Assembly (NCBI RefSeq): GCF_000497125.1
Contig: NC_090596.1
Coordinates: forward strand, 682,001 to 746,000
Source: Spironucleus salmonicida
Lineage: Eukaryota
Direction: 5' to 3'
DNA length: 64,000 nucleotides
Shown here: positions 24,706 to 38,802 of the stretch, piece after piece
Layout of the letters: each line of letters starts with the position of its first letter
Numbering within the stretch: the first letter of the stretch is position 1
The notes under the pieces: model-generated
What the model was told of the DNA's origin: nothing
Seen by the model: only the letters and a program-made list of their open reading frames with translations
The model's database searches: none
Program-made: the position numbers and the translations under genes

Positions 24706-25182
24706 ATGGACAAGTTCTCGCTCCGTATGCAACGTCCTCTCATGAATCCCAACAAGATAATCCCTGATCAACTCATAACCTTTGATTTTGACGGGAAGAT
24801 ATTCTACATTAAACCCTTTGAAGACAAGTCCTATTTCGAGTACCTCAACAAAGATTTTACCCTTGGCGAGAAGTTCTATTTCAAAGACTTCCCCGGTACA
24901 CAGTATTTTGGTATATACATCACCCAGACCGGCAAGTACATGCTGGACCTTGCAAACTGTAAAATGTATGAGCCCACGCATCCGTTTGTTGACGCCGCTG
25001 ACGTAGACGCGTTCGTGAAGCAGAACCTCAAGAACGAGTGCGTGCAGGACTTCCCCTAAAGGCCCCTTTTCGAGCGGTTCAGCGCGGACTACACGAGCTA
25101 CAAAGCGATCTGCGAGGCCGTGGTGAGCAGGGACGAGGAGGACTTCAAGAACTCGAACGTGTGCCAGCCAGACGCTGAGTGA
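24706..25182 (+). CDS. Hypothetical protein, 158 aa
   Basis: Track ORF extended through TAA to GAG TGA. C-rich tract before the ATG. Confidence 0.75.
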
Positions 25183-25209
25183 AGAAAATTTTTAAAAATT
25201 AAAAAAAGC

Positions 25210-26052
25210 TCACCAAAACTCGCTCCGGTCGGGGTCGTTTTCATGCTAAAGCTGCTTCTGGCCCCCTAAAGCCCTGAAAACGCAGTCCGCGGGAACTTCC
25301 TCGCGAGATTCCTGCGGCACGTCAGCCGCCTCGCCCCGGAATTCGAAGCCCGCAAGGCGCACAAAATCGCTCTAATTGACGATTCTCACGCCCTGCCTGC
25401 GCGCCACCTCGAACGGGTCGCAAACGACGTCGTTCCTGGCTACTTTTTGTAAGAACTTCTCGCTCCCGCCGGGAGCCAGGAGGCCCCGGAAAATGCTCTC
25501 GAAGCCCTCGCTCTGATCCTCCCGGAGGCCCAGTTTCTGGATCAGATTCTTGGCGCCCTTTTCGCTCCTAATGCGCATTATCACCTTGTTGACCGCATAC
25601 TTGAACGTATTAAGTGATATAACGCGTCGTGAAACTAAAGAAACCGGCTCGGGAGCGAAGTTGGAGGTGTCGTATATCTAAGAACTGACGAATTTCGAGG
25701 AAACCGCCGATTTGGAGGGGATAAGCTACTGGATCAGCGGGTACGCCGGGAGCGAAAAGTTCGCCGGGATTTACGAAGTTGGCTGCTTTCGCATCGCCTG
25801 GATTGACTAGAAAGTCTCTACGGCGGCAACCTCTTCCTGGGTCAGGATTTGGTCGTAGTTCGCGATGTCCTGAGCGCCAAGGCGAGTGTTGCCGAGGCCA
25901 GGGCGGAGCAGGGTGTAGCGCGATTTTTGGTCTTCTGTGCGCTGCATTTTGAGCGACTGGAATGATTTCAATGTTGCGATTGTCTGTTCGACTGGGTCTG
26001 GGTTGGACAGGTGTAGAAGCATCTCCAGAGAATGGTCTAGAGTTTCTGACAT
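25210..26052 (-). CDS. Hypothetical protein, 280 aa (weak CFAP221-like segment FKYAVNKVIMRIR)
   Basis: Joins track ORFs 25807..26052 and 25372..25584 in one frame, TGA stop. Confidence 0.65.
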
Positions 26053-26158
26053 TTTGCGGTGCTATAATAATATATATAATAATGAGTATCAAAAATTTAA
26101 TTTTAAATGGAAAATTGAGCCATTTCTGTCATAAATAGGCCAATTTATACGTAAAAGC

Positions 26159-27697
26159 TCACCGTTTGTCATCTCCCAATAACTCCGATTTTTCATCTTA
26201 AGTGGCAATTTGAAAGCAAGTATCCGTCTACTGTTCCTCCTAGTCATCCGCAAATTCCGCCACCTGCAGCTTTCTCACTTTGTCCTATCTGAATCCCTTC
26301 TTGTGAGACTCGTTTTCCTGCATTCCAATTTTGAACCAGATTAAAATTGTGCTTATGGCCAAAAATGGAATAAACAATAAAAAACTAATCTAATAACCAA
26401 ATATCTATCTTTCAACTAAATCAGGTATTTGAGAGTTCTCGATCACCAGCTATGATACCATTGAAAATAAGCAGTACGAAATACTTTGGCCTACCGTTCT
26501 TCCGGTGGTCGGGATTGCCCCGATTTAGCTACTAAAACGTTTCGGAACTGACATCATGGTGAGTGGGTATAAAACCAAAGAAGTTATCTGAATCGTAAGC
26601 TACAAAAGCACGAAGACAGTCATTACTGCAATGGTGTTGAAAGATACGAAAAACAAAACCACACACAAGGAAATAGACACTAACTAAAGTACCAGAAGCA
26701 ACCTTCTGTTGAGAACCTTCTTCTAAATTATTGGTATTATCATCGAAAAGATGAACGTAAATAAACCAGTTATCGCGAAAATGATACTCACCATGGTTGA
26801 TTCGATCCCCCGAAGAGATAAAAATTGAGGCAAAATATACCCAAGACCAGCATTTATAATATAGGTATTAATGTTGGTAAGCACGATATGCGTAACTGGA
26901 TTCTTCATCAGAAAAATTGGAATTATCGGATTTGAGTGTTTTTTCTCTACAAAATAAAAGACGATAGCAGCAACTACCGAAGCCCCAAACGCGACCCCAG
27001 ATTACCAGTACTATTTATACGACAGCAGTGTGAGCGAGAGACAGAATACACCAACCGCTACCATGATCAAAACGGACCCAAGAAGATCGTTTTTCCTCCC
27101 CGTTTTCTACCCCTTCGGATTAGTGTAAAAAAGCACCAAGACAAACGTCACAAAATAGCAAACAGCTGAGATCATGTAACAATTCTTGTATCCCGTGTAC
27201 TACACCAATAGGCCGCATATTATCGGTGTGATTACCCCTACGAGCTGGACTATAGTCTGACCTTGCTACAGGAACGAGTGCGCCTTTTCGTGCGCCGGTA
27301 GAATGCGCATCATACTGTTCCGGTTCGAAATCTAACCGCTGGAGAATGCTCCAACGAAAATACGTACGCAGAATAACTCTATGAAGCTCTTTGCGAAGTA
27401 GAATCCGATCTCGAATCCGGCTGTTAGAAGGGCCAGAACGGCAATAACTGGAACGTAACCAAAACGGTCTCCCAAGCGGCCTAGAGGGATAGCACAAGAG
27501 GCAGTTGCAATATAGTGGATTGTCATTAGCCACTGGGCGGTTGATGCAGGTATATTAAGTTCTTTTTGGATAGATGGCAAGGCGAGGACTATCGCTTGCG
27601 AGTCTACGAAAGATGCAAAAAGACTGACGAAGAAATACGGAAAAATTGATAGAATTGTACCGTGGCCGGGAGACAGTGATTTTGGTAGTTTGGTCAT
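26159..27697 (-). CDS. Major facilitator superfamily transporter, DHA2 (EmrB/QacA)-like
   Basis: DSQAIVLALPSIQKEL, QWLM, motif A GRLGDRFG. 512 aa with many hydrophobic segments. Confidence 0.9.
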
Positions 27698-27854
27698 TTT
27701 GTAATGTATTGAAAGAAGGAATTAATATAGTATTTGCTATAGTTAGCGAATCTGAGCTGGAAAGAAATAATAATGAATAAAGTTATTATAGATTATACTA
27801 TATTAAAATTATTTTTGTTGAAAAGGTATGCTAATATGTTTAGAGTGTTAAAAA

Positions 27855-28505
27855 TCACTAAATTAAGGGAACAAAATAATCAGTAGCTTGATATTATATA
27901 GGCTAGTTAGGAACAAACATCTTCGAGGCATTCAGTCCCTAGTGTTATAAATCTGGTTAGTAGTATTATTGTTACGGTAAAACTAATGGCATTTACCTTG
28001 CATTTTACTAAAGATAAGGGATACCTGGCTAATTATAGTTATAACTCGTCTGACTGATATTTTAGCGAATTTGTGGTTAAAGCTAAATATTTTTATAAGG
28101 CTGGTACCTAAAATAGTTATTACTCTACAAATCTTATTTTTCTGGCATATTAGAATGTAGGAAAACTGGGTTTTTATATTATTTTTAATCAACTGGCTGA
28201 ATATTTATAAGAGGAATAGTGTATTCACATTTTTATTTATAAGGCTTTTGTTAGCAATTAACATATTATTACTCTTAAGGAAGAACTTATACAGGGTTAT
28301 GTACTTATTGGATAAATGGAATATTTATTTATTTGCCTTACTAAGGAACATAATTAATATTTTAATCTACGGTTTTATTTTAAGTCTATAGTTTTTATTA
28401 TTAATACTAACTATTGTTAATATTGATTTATTAGCCATTATAAACACCATTCATGACGTCAATTGCTTTAATTCGCTTGACTTCGAGCCCATTATGAATA
28501 TTCAT
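27855..28505 (-). CDS. Q/N/P/Y-rich low-complexity protein, 216 aa
   Basis: Open only under table 6, very dense in TAA/TAG, ends TAG TGA. Confidence 0.55.
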
Positions 28506-28595
28506 TAAATTTGGAAAATATATACATTATTATATTAATATTTAGTATTATTTTGGAATCAAATCAAGTTTATTATATTTTTATTTTTATAAAAT

Positions 28596-30593
28596 ATGTA
28601 ACTACCGTTCCTCTAAATGCATTTAATGCATAGCTAAAAATTAGCTTAAAAAGATATAAAAGACCTCTATTTTAGCTAGTAATTATAAAAACTTCACGTG
28701 GCTTCTCTAGATGGAATTCTTTATTAAGTAGATCCATTTCATCCCAGCGAGCCCCCCATAGAACTGGTTTAATTGGACGCAATAACGGCCCTTTCAGGTA
28801 ACGAAGATAGTATAATCCTTACATCAGCATCTGGAATTATCCTAAAAATGTACACATCTGGTGATGTAGACCAGTTGAAACTGAAGACACAGTCCAGGCC
28901 GAGGTCTATTGATCTCTATAACGATGATGTCGTTGTAGGTGACTGGGATGGTAATCTGTATTTTAATGATTATGTGCATAAATTTGCAAAATTTAATTAT
29001 GATAACAGAGAAGTGGAGAATGGTGTGAACTGTGTGAAACTTGCCCATGGGCGCCTGTTTGCTGGGCTGAGCTCTGGAGAGGTAGCTATTTTTGATGCTC
29101 AAAACGTGAGGGGTGGTCCCATTTCATGTGTCTAACCACATAAGCACCCTGTGCGTGCGCTATTAATCTATGCGGCGGACGCGTTCTTCTCGGCCGGGAA
29201 CGACGGGGTGTGCTACTTCTCGTACTTTGCCGGCGGGCAGTTCCAGTCGGTTGTGGTTAGCCCAAGGGTCTTTGAGTCGGAGTACATCTTCACGCTCGAC
29301 ATCACGGAACACGCCGGTCGCACGCTGATCGCGATCGGCGGAACCGGCTTTGTCGTCGGGGTAGTGGACGTCAGCGAGGTCCTTGTGGCCTTCCACGCAA
29401 AGCACCTGGTGGATGCTGCGCCGTGTCTGCTCCACCTTGCCCCGGTGGAGAGCGATGTGTGGAGCGTGCGCTTCTGCGGGGAGCTCCTTGCGGTAGGCCA
29501 GGAGGACGGAACGCTGTCGCTGCTGGCGTTGGGCGGCTAAGGCATAGACAGTGTACAGGACGAGCTGCTGGATAGGCTCAGCTCCAGAACCGTGGACGAG
29601 GGCAAGTTCGCCGGGGACAGCAAGAACCGGCTCAACGCGCGGGTACTGCACGACAGCTACGAGTTTGCCGATCTGGCCTCGATCCAGGAGATCTCCCCGC
29701 CCAACCCGATGTTCCTGTGCAGCCTCGGGGGCCAGATCGCGCTAGTGCTCAAGTTCGGCGGCAAGTACGTCCAGATCGGCACGGTCCCGGTCAAGACCGA
29801 GGGCGTGCTGGACGCAAAGAACCAGAAATGGGACTTCTGCTATGAGGTCAGCACCGAGGGCGGCCGCATGCTCAAGCTGTTCATGAACGCGGACGAGGAC
29901 TCATATACCGCCGGGACGCGCTTTCTGGCAGAGAATGGGGTGGACGGCGATGCGGTGGACCAAATCTAGCAGATCCGCGAGTTCATCGACCGCAACGCCC
30001 CCAAAACCTCAATTTGCGACTTCATCCTGCCGGACTGCGCCCAACTGTTCAAGTCTGGCTCGAAGGTCAGCGGGAAGGCAGGCGTGCAGAAGGCCTTTGA
30101 GCAGGGCGTCCCTGCGGTCCAGCAGGTAACGCCCCTCGTTGCCGAGAAGGCCTTCCGACATATTGCGGCCGCCTTCAGCCCGCTCGGGATGGACGGCTGC
30201 GCCCAGGCCATCACCTATAGCACCGGCCAGATCCCGGAGAGCGAGCAGCAGAAGGCCGCGTTCTTCTGCGTGCTAGTGTATCTTGTCCAGACCGGTGCAC
30301 TTGACAGGCATAGATTCGACGGATTTTTTGTCCAGACTGTGTGCGAGGCGTTTCTAGAGGCCACCGCGCAGAGCCTCGCAGTCATGAGCGCCAGACTGCT
30401 CAGCCTGCTCATGGGCCCGGAAATTAGGGCCCTCATAAATGGTAAAGCGGACCGTATCGTGGCGTAGGCCTTGCAGTATCTTGGGAAGCATGACGCAGAG
30501 TGCCTTGTATACAGCCTGATGCGGTAGCTTGGACCCCAGGACATCAGTTACGGAGTCCTGCAGACGCTGATGGCCAGCGAAAGCTTTGAGTGA
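28596..30593 (+). CDS. DOA1: DOA1/UFD3/PLAA-like WD40 + PFU ubiquitin-binding protein
   Basis: 665 aa joining four track ORFs. WD repeats (SDVWSV, VGQEDGTL) and PFU-like KWDFCYEVSTEGGRMLKLFMNADEDSYTAGTRFLAEN...IREFIDRN. Confidence 0.8.
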
Positions 30594-33355
30594 GCAAATC
30601 CGATCATTCAACCACTCACCCAGAAATTTTAGTTTAACGGAGCGACAAATCCGAGGCGCACCAGCTCTATCTCCGCCCCCTTGATGAGCTCAAGGTTGAA
30701 GCGATACGCTGGTGCCCACTTCTTGGCAATATTCGCTTTGCAGCGATAATTGTAAGGCGGGAGATAGCTTTCAAATACAAACTCACTATATGCTTTTGAG
30801 TCTGCTGCGGTAGCTAAAAATGTCGAGAAGGATGGGCGTTAATCAAAATATCGTACCAGACAGAGACGTAGCAGCACATAGTTGGGCACGTTACACTCGA
30901 AGTAATCTAAAAATAGCCGTGCTGCATTAATGGCGGGGATTGTGGTTTTTTAGTATACCAGAAGTGCTTAGATGATTAGGTTCTTAGACTCCTGCGCTAG
31001 GGGGGAGACTAGATTTGGAAGCAAAAAGTCGATTCGTGGCCCTGAGCCAAAGTACCGCAGCATGATTTACTAATAGTACTATGCGGCCTGCGTTATGTTC
31101 TCTATCACGACAGGAGCGATAAAGCCCCTGCAATCTCCTTCCAAGCTTAGAATCTTAGGTATATCGATTTTATTGTAGAGAATCTGTATCGCTTCGCGGA
31201 GGGCGGAGGTATCGTACGTATCGCGCGGCAGCAGATGTGGCTTCTTTAGGGACAGTATTTTAGTACCGATCATGCTGAGTGTCGTCTTAGTGTGCTAGGA
31301 GTTGGGATCAAAGTCGTAATAGAGGCCAAACAGACTAAGCAACGAGTTCCAATCATCGCAATGCATATACAACTACTGGAGAAGATTGAAGTACACCGTT
31401 CTGGAGAAGCCCTAAATCTCTTTATGAAACGGTGAATTAAAGTTCGACACATAAAATTATGCTTTAAATTAGTACGTTAGTGCGAAAAGAGAATCGGGGG
31501 TCGGCGAGAACAAGAACGACAACAAAAAGGAGAATGCTTGCTTGAGAGATGCGTTGAAGAAAATAGAGCCCGTGAGATAAAATGCTGGAAGAAATTGCAG
31601 CCCAAAAATAGAGGAGTCGTCGCTAATCTAAATCTGTCGCTATTGAATGTCCTGAATGAACTTCTGCTGGCGCTCGTCCTCGAAAACCTCAATCTCGTCA
31701 AAGATGTGAACCGGGAATGACAACTTTGAGCCGATGGGCACATCTAGGAATGCCAGCACCTATAAATAGTGCCCCAGCGCTGTCTCTGAGAACTGCTGGC
31801 TGGGAAGGGGTATGCGCTCGCTTACGCCGTCTGCCATTTGCTTCTCCAGCTTCATGGCCACGTCCAACCCAGGAAGCTCCATCTGAACTGTCGTATCTCC
31901 GTACAAGGTAATCACGCTGAACACGTCTAAGAATGGTAACGACCCCTTGCTAAAAAATTCCCCGGCCTCTAACGTGGCTCCTTTGTTCATGAATTGGCCC
32001 AACTACGCATTTTTAACTGGAAAATGGTAGCCAGTCTGGGGCACATACTTTCTACTGCTAAAGGGCGCGATTGGCCCTGCCTCTGATTAGAGCAGTGTTT
32101 CGATTTCGCTAAAACTCACCGCGATAGAACTCGAGAGATAGTACAGCTTGTGCAAATACTGCGGGTGGAAGGCCTAGTCTTACACTGCGAAACGGGAAAT
32201 TTGGTCAAAGGATGGAAAGTACCACCGGTCGCCGATGGAGACTAGCCCCAAGGCATAGGTAAGTGCCAAGGCCTACGACGCGCCCATCTCAATGCTGGGG
32301 TCAACCTCCTGCTTCATGGCCTTCAGCCGGATAATGAGCTCCAACTGAATAAGCCGTAGAGTGCAATCGCGCTCGGGCGTTTTGAGGTAAAGGGCAAAGC
32401 GTGGGATGTCCACAAGGCCCCAGATGAGGGTGTACATGAATCTATGCACAGGATTTTCAACCATCTGAAGATTTCTGTACGCAAACAGCCGGAATACATG
32501 TGTTTCAACGCCCGTCGGGGAAGACGGGTCCAAGTACGTATAGACTAGCTCAGATATGGTTTCGTCTCTCAGCGATGCTAGGGAAATATACCTGCCAACG
32601 AACTCAGAGAGCGCGGCATGCGGCAGAAACGCAAGAGCATTATCCAAGTTTTCTAGTCTGAGCGTTAGCAGCCGGGCCTCGTCGAATGCGCCAGGAGCAT
32701 GCCGAGAAAACAGGAAAGCGGTGAAATCTTGTCGCGCTTGCCCCATATTGGGCTGTGGGGAGGCTCCCTAGAAGCGTTGCGGGGCGTCTGGGATCAGTTG
32801 GGCCATTGCTTGGGAAATGCGCGCTTCGGAATCTGGGCTCAGCGCCGCAGCAGCCTGAATTCTCTCGAAAAACGAGAGCGTCTGGGAGGTTGAGCTAATC
32901 CGGATCATTCCGTCCGCGCCGAGAGAAAAGTTCATTTAGTGGAATGAGGAAATGCTGGTTGCAGAATATATAGTAACTACGCTCACCTCCACATCACCTT
33001 AAACAGCCCCCGTCCTTTATTTAATAACATTCCACTATGCTTCGCCTGGAAAATAACTCGCTGCCCCCGTTCCATGCCGAACATACGCTCAGCCAGCTCA
33101 TTGAGCTCTGAGGTTTTTATGAACTAGTAGTTTTAGAGCTCGTGCGCGAAATCCTTCAGCGTAACCTTTTTGGCAGTGGTGACCTCGCCCCGACACCGCT
33201 CTACATACTCTTTAAATAAAGCAGATATTAGAAACTTGCACGCCTCCAAAGTCCCTCCCATCGCTTGAATCGAGGGAAACAGTAGAGAAAGTAAAAAGCT
33301 ACTTGAGTCCTACGAAAGCGCAGCATTTAAGAATTAAAATCCGTATTCCTACGCC
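29393..33355 (+). repeat. Inverted repeat 3, left arm (3963 bp)
   Basis: Reverse complement of 40513..44475 (sum 73868). Mismatches seen at 30113/43755, 30451/43417 and 31160/42708. Confidence 0.97.
30608..32935 (-). CDS. Hypothetical protein, 775 aa
   Basis: Single table-6 frame joining track ORFs 32273..32746, 31760..32002 and 31079..31273. TTCCACTAA precedes the ATG. Confidence 0.75.
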
Positions 33356-33499
33356 GCTGGATGCCTGAACTCAAGGTGTTGTGAAGGATACCAATAGGTT
33401 TGCAACAGTATTGACTGTAGTATCAAAGTCTGATACAGATGATGCCGTCTTATGACGTATTATGAGATCTTAAAAATCAGCAAGTAGTCAGACTACCAT
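32983..33499 (-). CDS. Hypothetical protein, 5' end unclear or disrupted
   Basis: Protein-like frame ending VMWR-TGA at 32983. No clean in-frame start upstream of the repeat boundary; an internal ATG lies near 33262. Confidence 0.4.
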
Positions 33500-33528
33500 T
33501 TTGGAGTTGAGAGTGCTAATCAGAAAGG

Positions 33529-34824
33529 TCATTTCTCCATGTTCATCCCTACATGGATCCAGTTCTCATTTAGAAAGATTATCTATACCGATGAGAGGTC
33601 CACACCGACTACGTTATTTATAGAAAAATGGTAAATGGAGAAACTTTTGGAGAAGTAGGAAGCCAAGTCGGCTAGTTACATATCCGTAAGAAGTGTGGAC
33701 GGTGGCACGAGATTTGTCAACTCAATGACTAGGCTACCGAAGAATAATCCTTTACCCATGTCGATGCTAAACAAACGTATGGGTTCTAGGTAGATGAGAG
33801 TTTCTCGTACCCCGCCGAACTCAATATCAACGAGAAGTTTAGCTCCAGTATTTTTGAAACTAGGAAGTGTAATATTGTGAATTGTGATCCCCTTTGTCTT
33901 CTTAACCTTTTCGAATCCACCTACATCTGAGAAGTAGAACTGGAAGCCAGAATTGAAGACAACTCGTTCCACTAGATATTATATATCGTGGTCTGTGTAG
34001 AAGTTAGGCTTTGATGAAATTGGAGTATCGAGCCAACCAACGGCAGTCATATTATTTAGATTCAGTCTAACGCGCTACCCTGAATACATGGTAGTCAGAA
34101 AGTTATCTTAAAATGCTATTCCAACCATGGAACGTTGGTCAGTATATACTCGAATATCCCACCACACTGTTGCTTCTTGGGCCATATTAGATAGTAGTGT
34201 TAACAATGTCTACATAATCGTGCTAGCCAAAGATTGACCAAGTTGTCCATTAAGCTGGTCGAGCATAACATTTGTTAGCAAGCCACTAATGGAGTTAAGA
34301 ATAACCTACAATCCACATTCAAACGTAACTTAGAATTTCTTAACTGACAATATCGTGTTACTAGTAACGATAGTGAAATTTTTCTTGCATGCTGGATCAC
34401 GAAACTCAACCATCCCTTAAGTGCTTAATGAGAGTTCTTCCACGATGAGGCTAAGAGTTCCTGTATCTTGGAGATATGGGAAAGATTTTTGCTGAATTTA
34501 TAGAGAAAAATACAGATCAAGCTGCACCTTTGATATATTTAGAATTGTTAGGTTCTGATAGGCCTTAATACTTATTCCATCTAGACGTAACTGACGAAAC
34601 TTCCCATCAGTTAAGTCTATGGTGAATATTCCCAGATTTAGCTTGAAGTTTATTGGTGGCAAGGTTGACTAAATAGTGGAGATAGCTAGGCCAACATTCT
34701 TCTCACAATAATTGCTAAGACCTTGGTTAGTAATCATTATATGGATACCTGCATCAATTTCAGTTGGGTTTGGTTTGTCATACTAATAGAGATAACATTA
34801 GTACATGAAGAAAGCAGCTAACAT
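33529..34824 (-). CDS. BPI/LBP-like lipid-binding protein
   Basis: 431 aa with a short hydrophobic leader. AGIHIMITNQGLSNY resembles the BPI N-terminal PGIxxRITxxGLxY. Confidence 0.65.
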
Positions 34825-36502
34825 TTTGATTTGAAGTATAATGATTATTGATAATTAATATTACATATATTTTTGATTCAATAAGCCAAACAAAAAATCG
34901 AGGAGTGATTTAATGTCCTAAATAATAAAACTATAAATTTTATTTTATTCTATATATTTATATATATATCAAGAATATATACCTAAATATTTATATTATA
35001 AAGTTTATCATAATTAAAAAAATCTATATTATTATTTATCTATCTATAGAATATAAAAATGAAGTAACATCTAGATGAAAGTAAAAGTAATATTTAACAA
35101 ATAAAAACCAGTAAATAATATAGAATGTAAAATATAGTACGGCAACAATTGTGATATTTCACGATACTAATTATAATAAAGTTAATACAGATAAAGACAC
35201 TTCCATGGAAGCAGAATCAAGTTTTCAGATAATAAATATTAGTTAGAAGAATATTCTTTGAGTTTAAATAGTTGTTCCATATTTTGAAGTGTCCAAATTT
35301 ATATACATGGTTAACCTTATATGTATTTGAAATTGCCAACTTTTTATCTCCTGAGATGCCTCTAGCTATAAATTTTATATAGGTTGATAACCAAAAATAT
35401 ATATTATAAAATATCCATACAATGCACTTAGCTTTAATATTTTAATTGCCATGATATATTTTTTTAAGAATATTCTAAGGGTACATTTTAATATTGACTA
35501 GAATGCAAAAAACAGTACTGATAAAATTATAAAGTAATTGAAACTTTTATACCGAAAATTCAGAACAAGATCCACCGTATGTTTCGTCCAACATACTATG
35601 ACGGCTCTATGAAATGTACTTGATTTAACTAATAAGTTTCAATTCATATTAAATGCAAATAATTATTACATCTACATTATAATGTAAAAATTCAAATTAA
35701 ATATTCATTCAGCTAAAGAGTTGGAGTTCATAATTAACTACATTTGTTAATAGAATAAAGAAATGTTACAAGATCCTATTGATTATATGGCTGATAAAAC
35801 GTGTTTATTTAAACTCAAATTTATAAATTTGTTATATTTAGGATTATTTTTCTATACCAACTATTACTTCCTATATTTGAAAACTACCGAAAGTAATAGT
35901 AAAATATCTTAAATTCACTAGACTCAATTTCGATCTAAACTAACTTTCAAGTCCATCCGCGCAATTCATCTCTATTAGTGTCTAATTAAGAATAGGTAAC
36001 AAATACTACCTAATAAAAACATCGTTATTCGCAATTACTTGATTTGATTGTAATACCCACATGAATATTAACTTAATGTTTAACTCTACATTCCTCATTT
36101 TCCTATTTTAGACAAGTCGGCTGTTATCATCTTTAATGTCTGCTATTTAAAAATAACCTTGTCTAGCAAGTTCAGTGTTGTTGAGTCTTCAGCCTAGTTA
36201 CATATAAAATTTTCACTTTTTATGTTATTTTATTAATTCTTTAAAAGAATATTTGCATACATATCATTTTGTATTTTTTAAAGAGCTAAAAATCGCTTTA
36301 GTTACTTGGTCTATAGGATAGCTATCTTGTTTAATTGCTAATTTACACTTGATATCATTATCAATTATTTAAAATTACTATTATAATTATATAATAATAT
36401 ATATTTAACTTCCATCTTTCCCTTCCACTAAAAGTGAATTACTATAAGTTCTCTCTTACCGTAAATAAGTAGCTCTCCAAGAAAAAAACCGCAGTGATAG
36501 CC

Positions 36503-38771
36503 ATGAAAGCCTCCAGGAAGTCGTAAAAGCAGGATAACCCCCCCCAATTCAAGATCCACGGCATCATCGACCGGCACCCAGTTCACGAACTGAACCACTG
36601 TCTACATGCCGCAGCGCTCTTCGAGTGCAGCCCCCAGAGCTTCGAGCAGTTTGACGAAAAGTTCGACTGCCTGCTGAAGGTGTGCGAGTTTCGCGTCGAA
36701 ACCGAGAAGCGCGAAACCCCGCCCATGGCGCTGATATGGGGACCTTCGGGCACTACTACGGCCGGAGCACGCAGGAAGACCCCAAAAATTACATGTCCGC
36801 GCGGAAGGCCGGCGTGATTCCCGACAGGCTCAAGAACAAGATTCTGGGCGTCACGCGGAATGAGCAGCCAGTTTACAGCCTCAACAGGCAGGTGAAGGAG
36901 ATGCTGAGCAAGTACAGCACGAACCAGTTCGAGCTCGTGCGCAAGAGGGTGACGGAGCACAACTTCATTAACCTCTACGGGCGGCGCTTCAACTATGTGG
37001 TGCCTCAGCACAAGCATTCCAATTTGGTGAGCGCGCTCGACGTCTTCGAAAAGACGGTCTAAAAGATCGAGACCTGCAAGACCCCGCTAATCCAGGACAG
37101 ACCAAGGTCCAATACTGATCAGAAGGGGATCATGCCGTTCAACAGCAACTACGATCTCCGCTTCAAGGGGTGCGCTCTACCTGCTGCGCAGCAACCTGTG
37201 CAGCAATGACTTCGTGACCGATGCGCTCGTCAAGGTGCTCCTCCGCGACCTGAGAAAGGACACGCAGGACAAGCTGGTGCTGAGTAAACTCGCCGCGGCC
37301 ACTGAGGCTACCTTTGAGGGTGTGAACGTGGATATCGTTAAAACGCTGTTCTCCAAGACCACGCGCGAGAAGTCCGAGTACCTGGTGCTCTCCATCCTTA
37401 TCTTCGACCAGGTAAATAAGGCCGTGCACAAAGACTCTTCGGAACTCATGTTCCGTCTGCGCATCGAGGCGTACCGGGCGTACATCCAGCAGCTGAACAC
37501 CGACATCGTGGACTCCCTGGTCATTTACAAAATCAAGTGCTGCCTAGATACCAGTGTTGACACCAAGGTGGTTCAGAGCAACCGCCAAAAGATTAGCATG
37601 GAGAAGCAGCCCTTTTCAGAGATTTTGCAAAGTTGAACCGCCTATGGCATCTTTCATGTGGTGAAGGGCATGCTCAATGTCAGCACCGACGAGCAGATCG
37701 TTGATAGGATCGAGAACAGCCAATGCTTCGCCGTTTTCATACAGAAGGTGTTCGAGAATAACCAGCAGGCGAAGCTCCTGAAGGACAAGGTCCAGCTCGT
37801 GTAGAACATCAAATGCTCGAAGGGTGCGGAGAAATATGTGCTCGAGCAGATCCTGACGGCGTTCGCCGATAGCTACAATAGCACCAATAGCAACGAGGCC
37901 CTTTTCGACATGGCCATAGATTTCTGTCTGAAAACTGAGTTCTACGTGTACAGCCTGTTCAACGCAGCCAACTCCCGCGAATTCATTTTTAGCTTCATTC
38001 ATTTTGTCATCGCGAAGGCCTATCTGCAGGTCTTCGAGGAGTGCAACGGCGTGTTTTCCGATAGCGAGGTGGATGCAGTGAAGAACGATATCGCGAATAA
38101 AAGTTACTTCGCCATCCACGGCATGCCGGATATCTACAAAATCTTCGCACAGCAGTCCTACTCGTACTTTAACCAGCCAGATCTCCACAATTTTGCGAGC
38201 ACGTGCACGACCAAGTTTGAGGGCAATGCTATCGCTTTCTTCGAGGTCATCTTCGTCGGGAAGAGCGGCTTCTAGGATAAACAGTAGGGTATTCTGGCCG
38301 AAAAGATGAAAGAATTAGTTCAGCTGTTCGCCGCTTGAGATGACATCAAGAGCGTGGTCGGGCTGTTCAAGATGATCTTCCAGGAGTCCCAGTTCTCCAT
38401 AGGCTTCTGTGCGTTCGACATGTTTGGATACAACAATGACGCATCGCTTGGCGCGAGGGCATACTTCTACGCGCAGAGAAAGCTACTGATAGACATCAAG
38501 AGGCAGGACAAGATGTTGGACTTCAGCAACAGCCTGAAGGAGAACCAGCCGCCGATCAAGTCCTACTTCCCTTCCATATCGCCCTGTTCGTGCTTGAGAC
38601 CGTGTACGAGATAACCAAGAACTGCCAAAACTCCCAGCAGAAGATGCTCTACCTGCTGAACTCCCCCAACAAGGTGGGCGGGTTTAACAAGGCCGCCGCA
38701 ACGCCCTTGTTTTGAAGATGAACAGCAAGAACGAAAAGTGGGGCATTTACAAGCTCCAGGAGTTCAAGTGA
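36503..38771 (+). pseudogene. Large GC3-rich gene with about four frameshifts and two in-frame TGA codons (pseudogene or unpolished sequence)
   Basis: Coding-like frame switches near 36735, 37170, 38572 and 38700. In-frame TGA at 37634-37636 and 38336-38338. Confidence 0.55.
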
Positions 38772-38802
38772 GGGAGATATTATGTTCACGCAATATTGCC
38801 GT

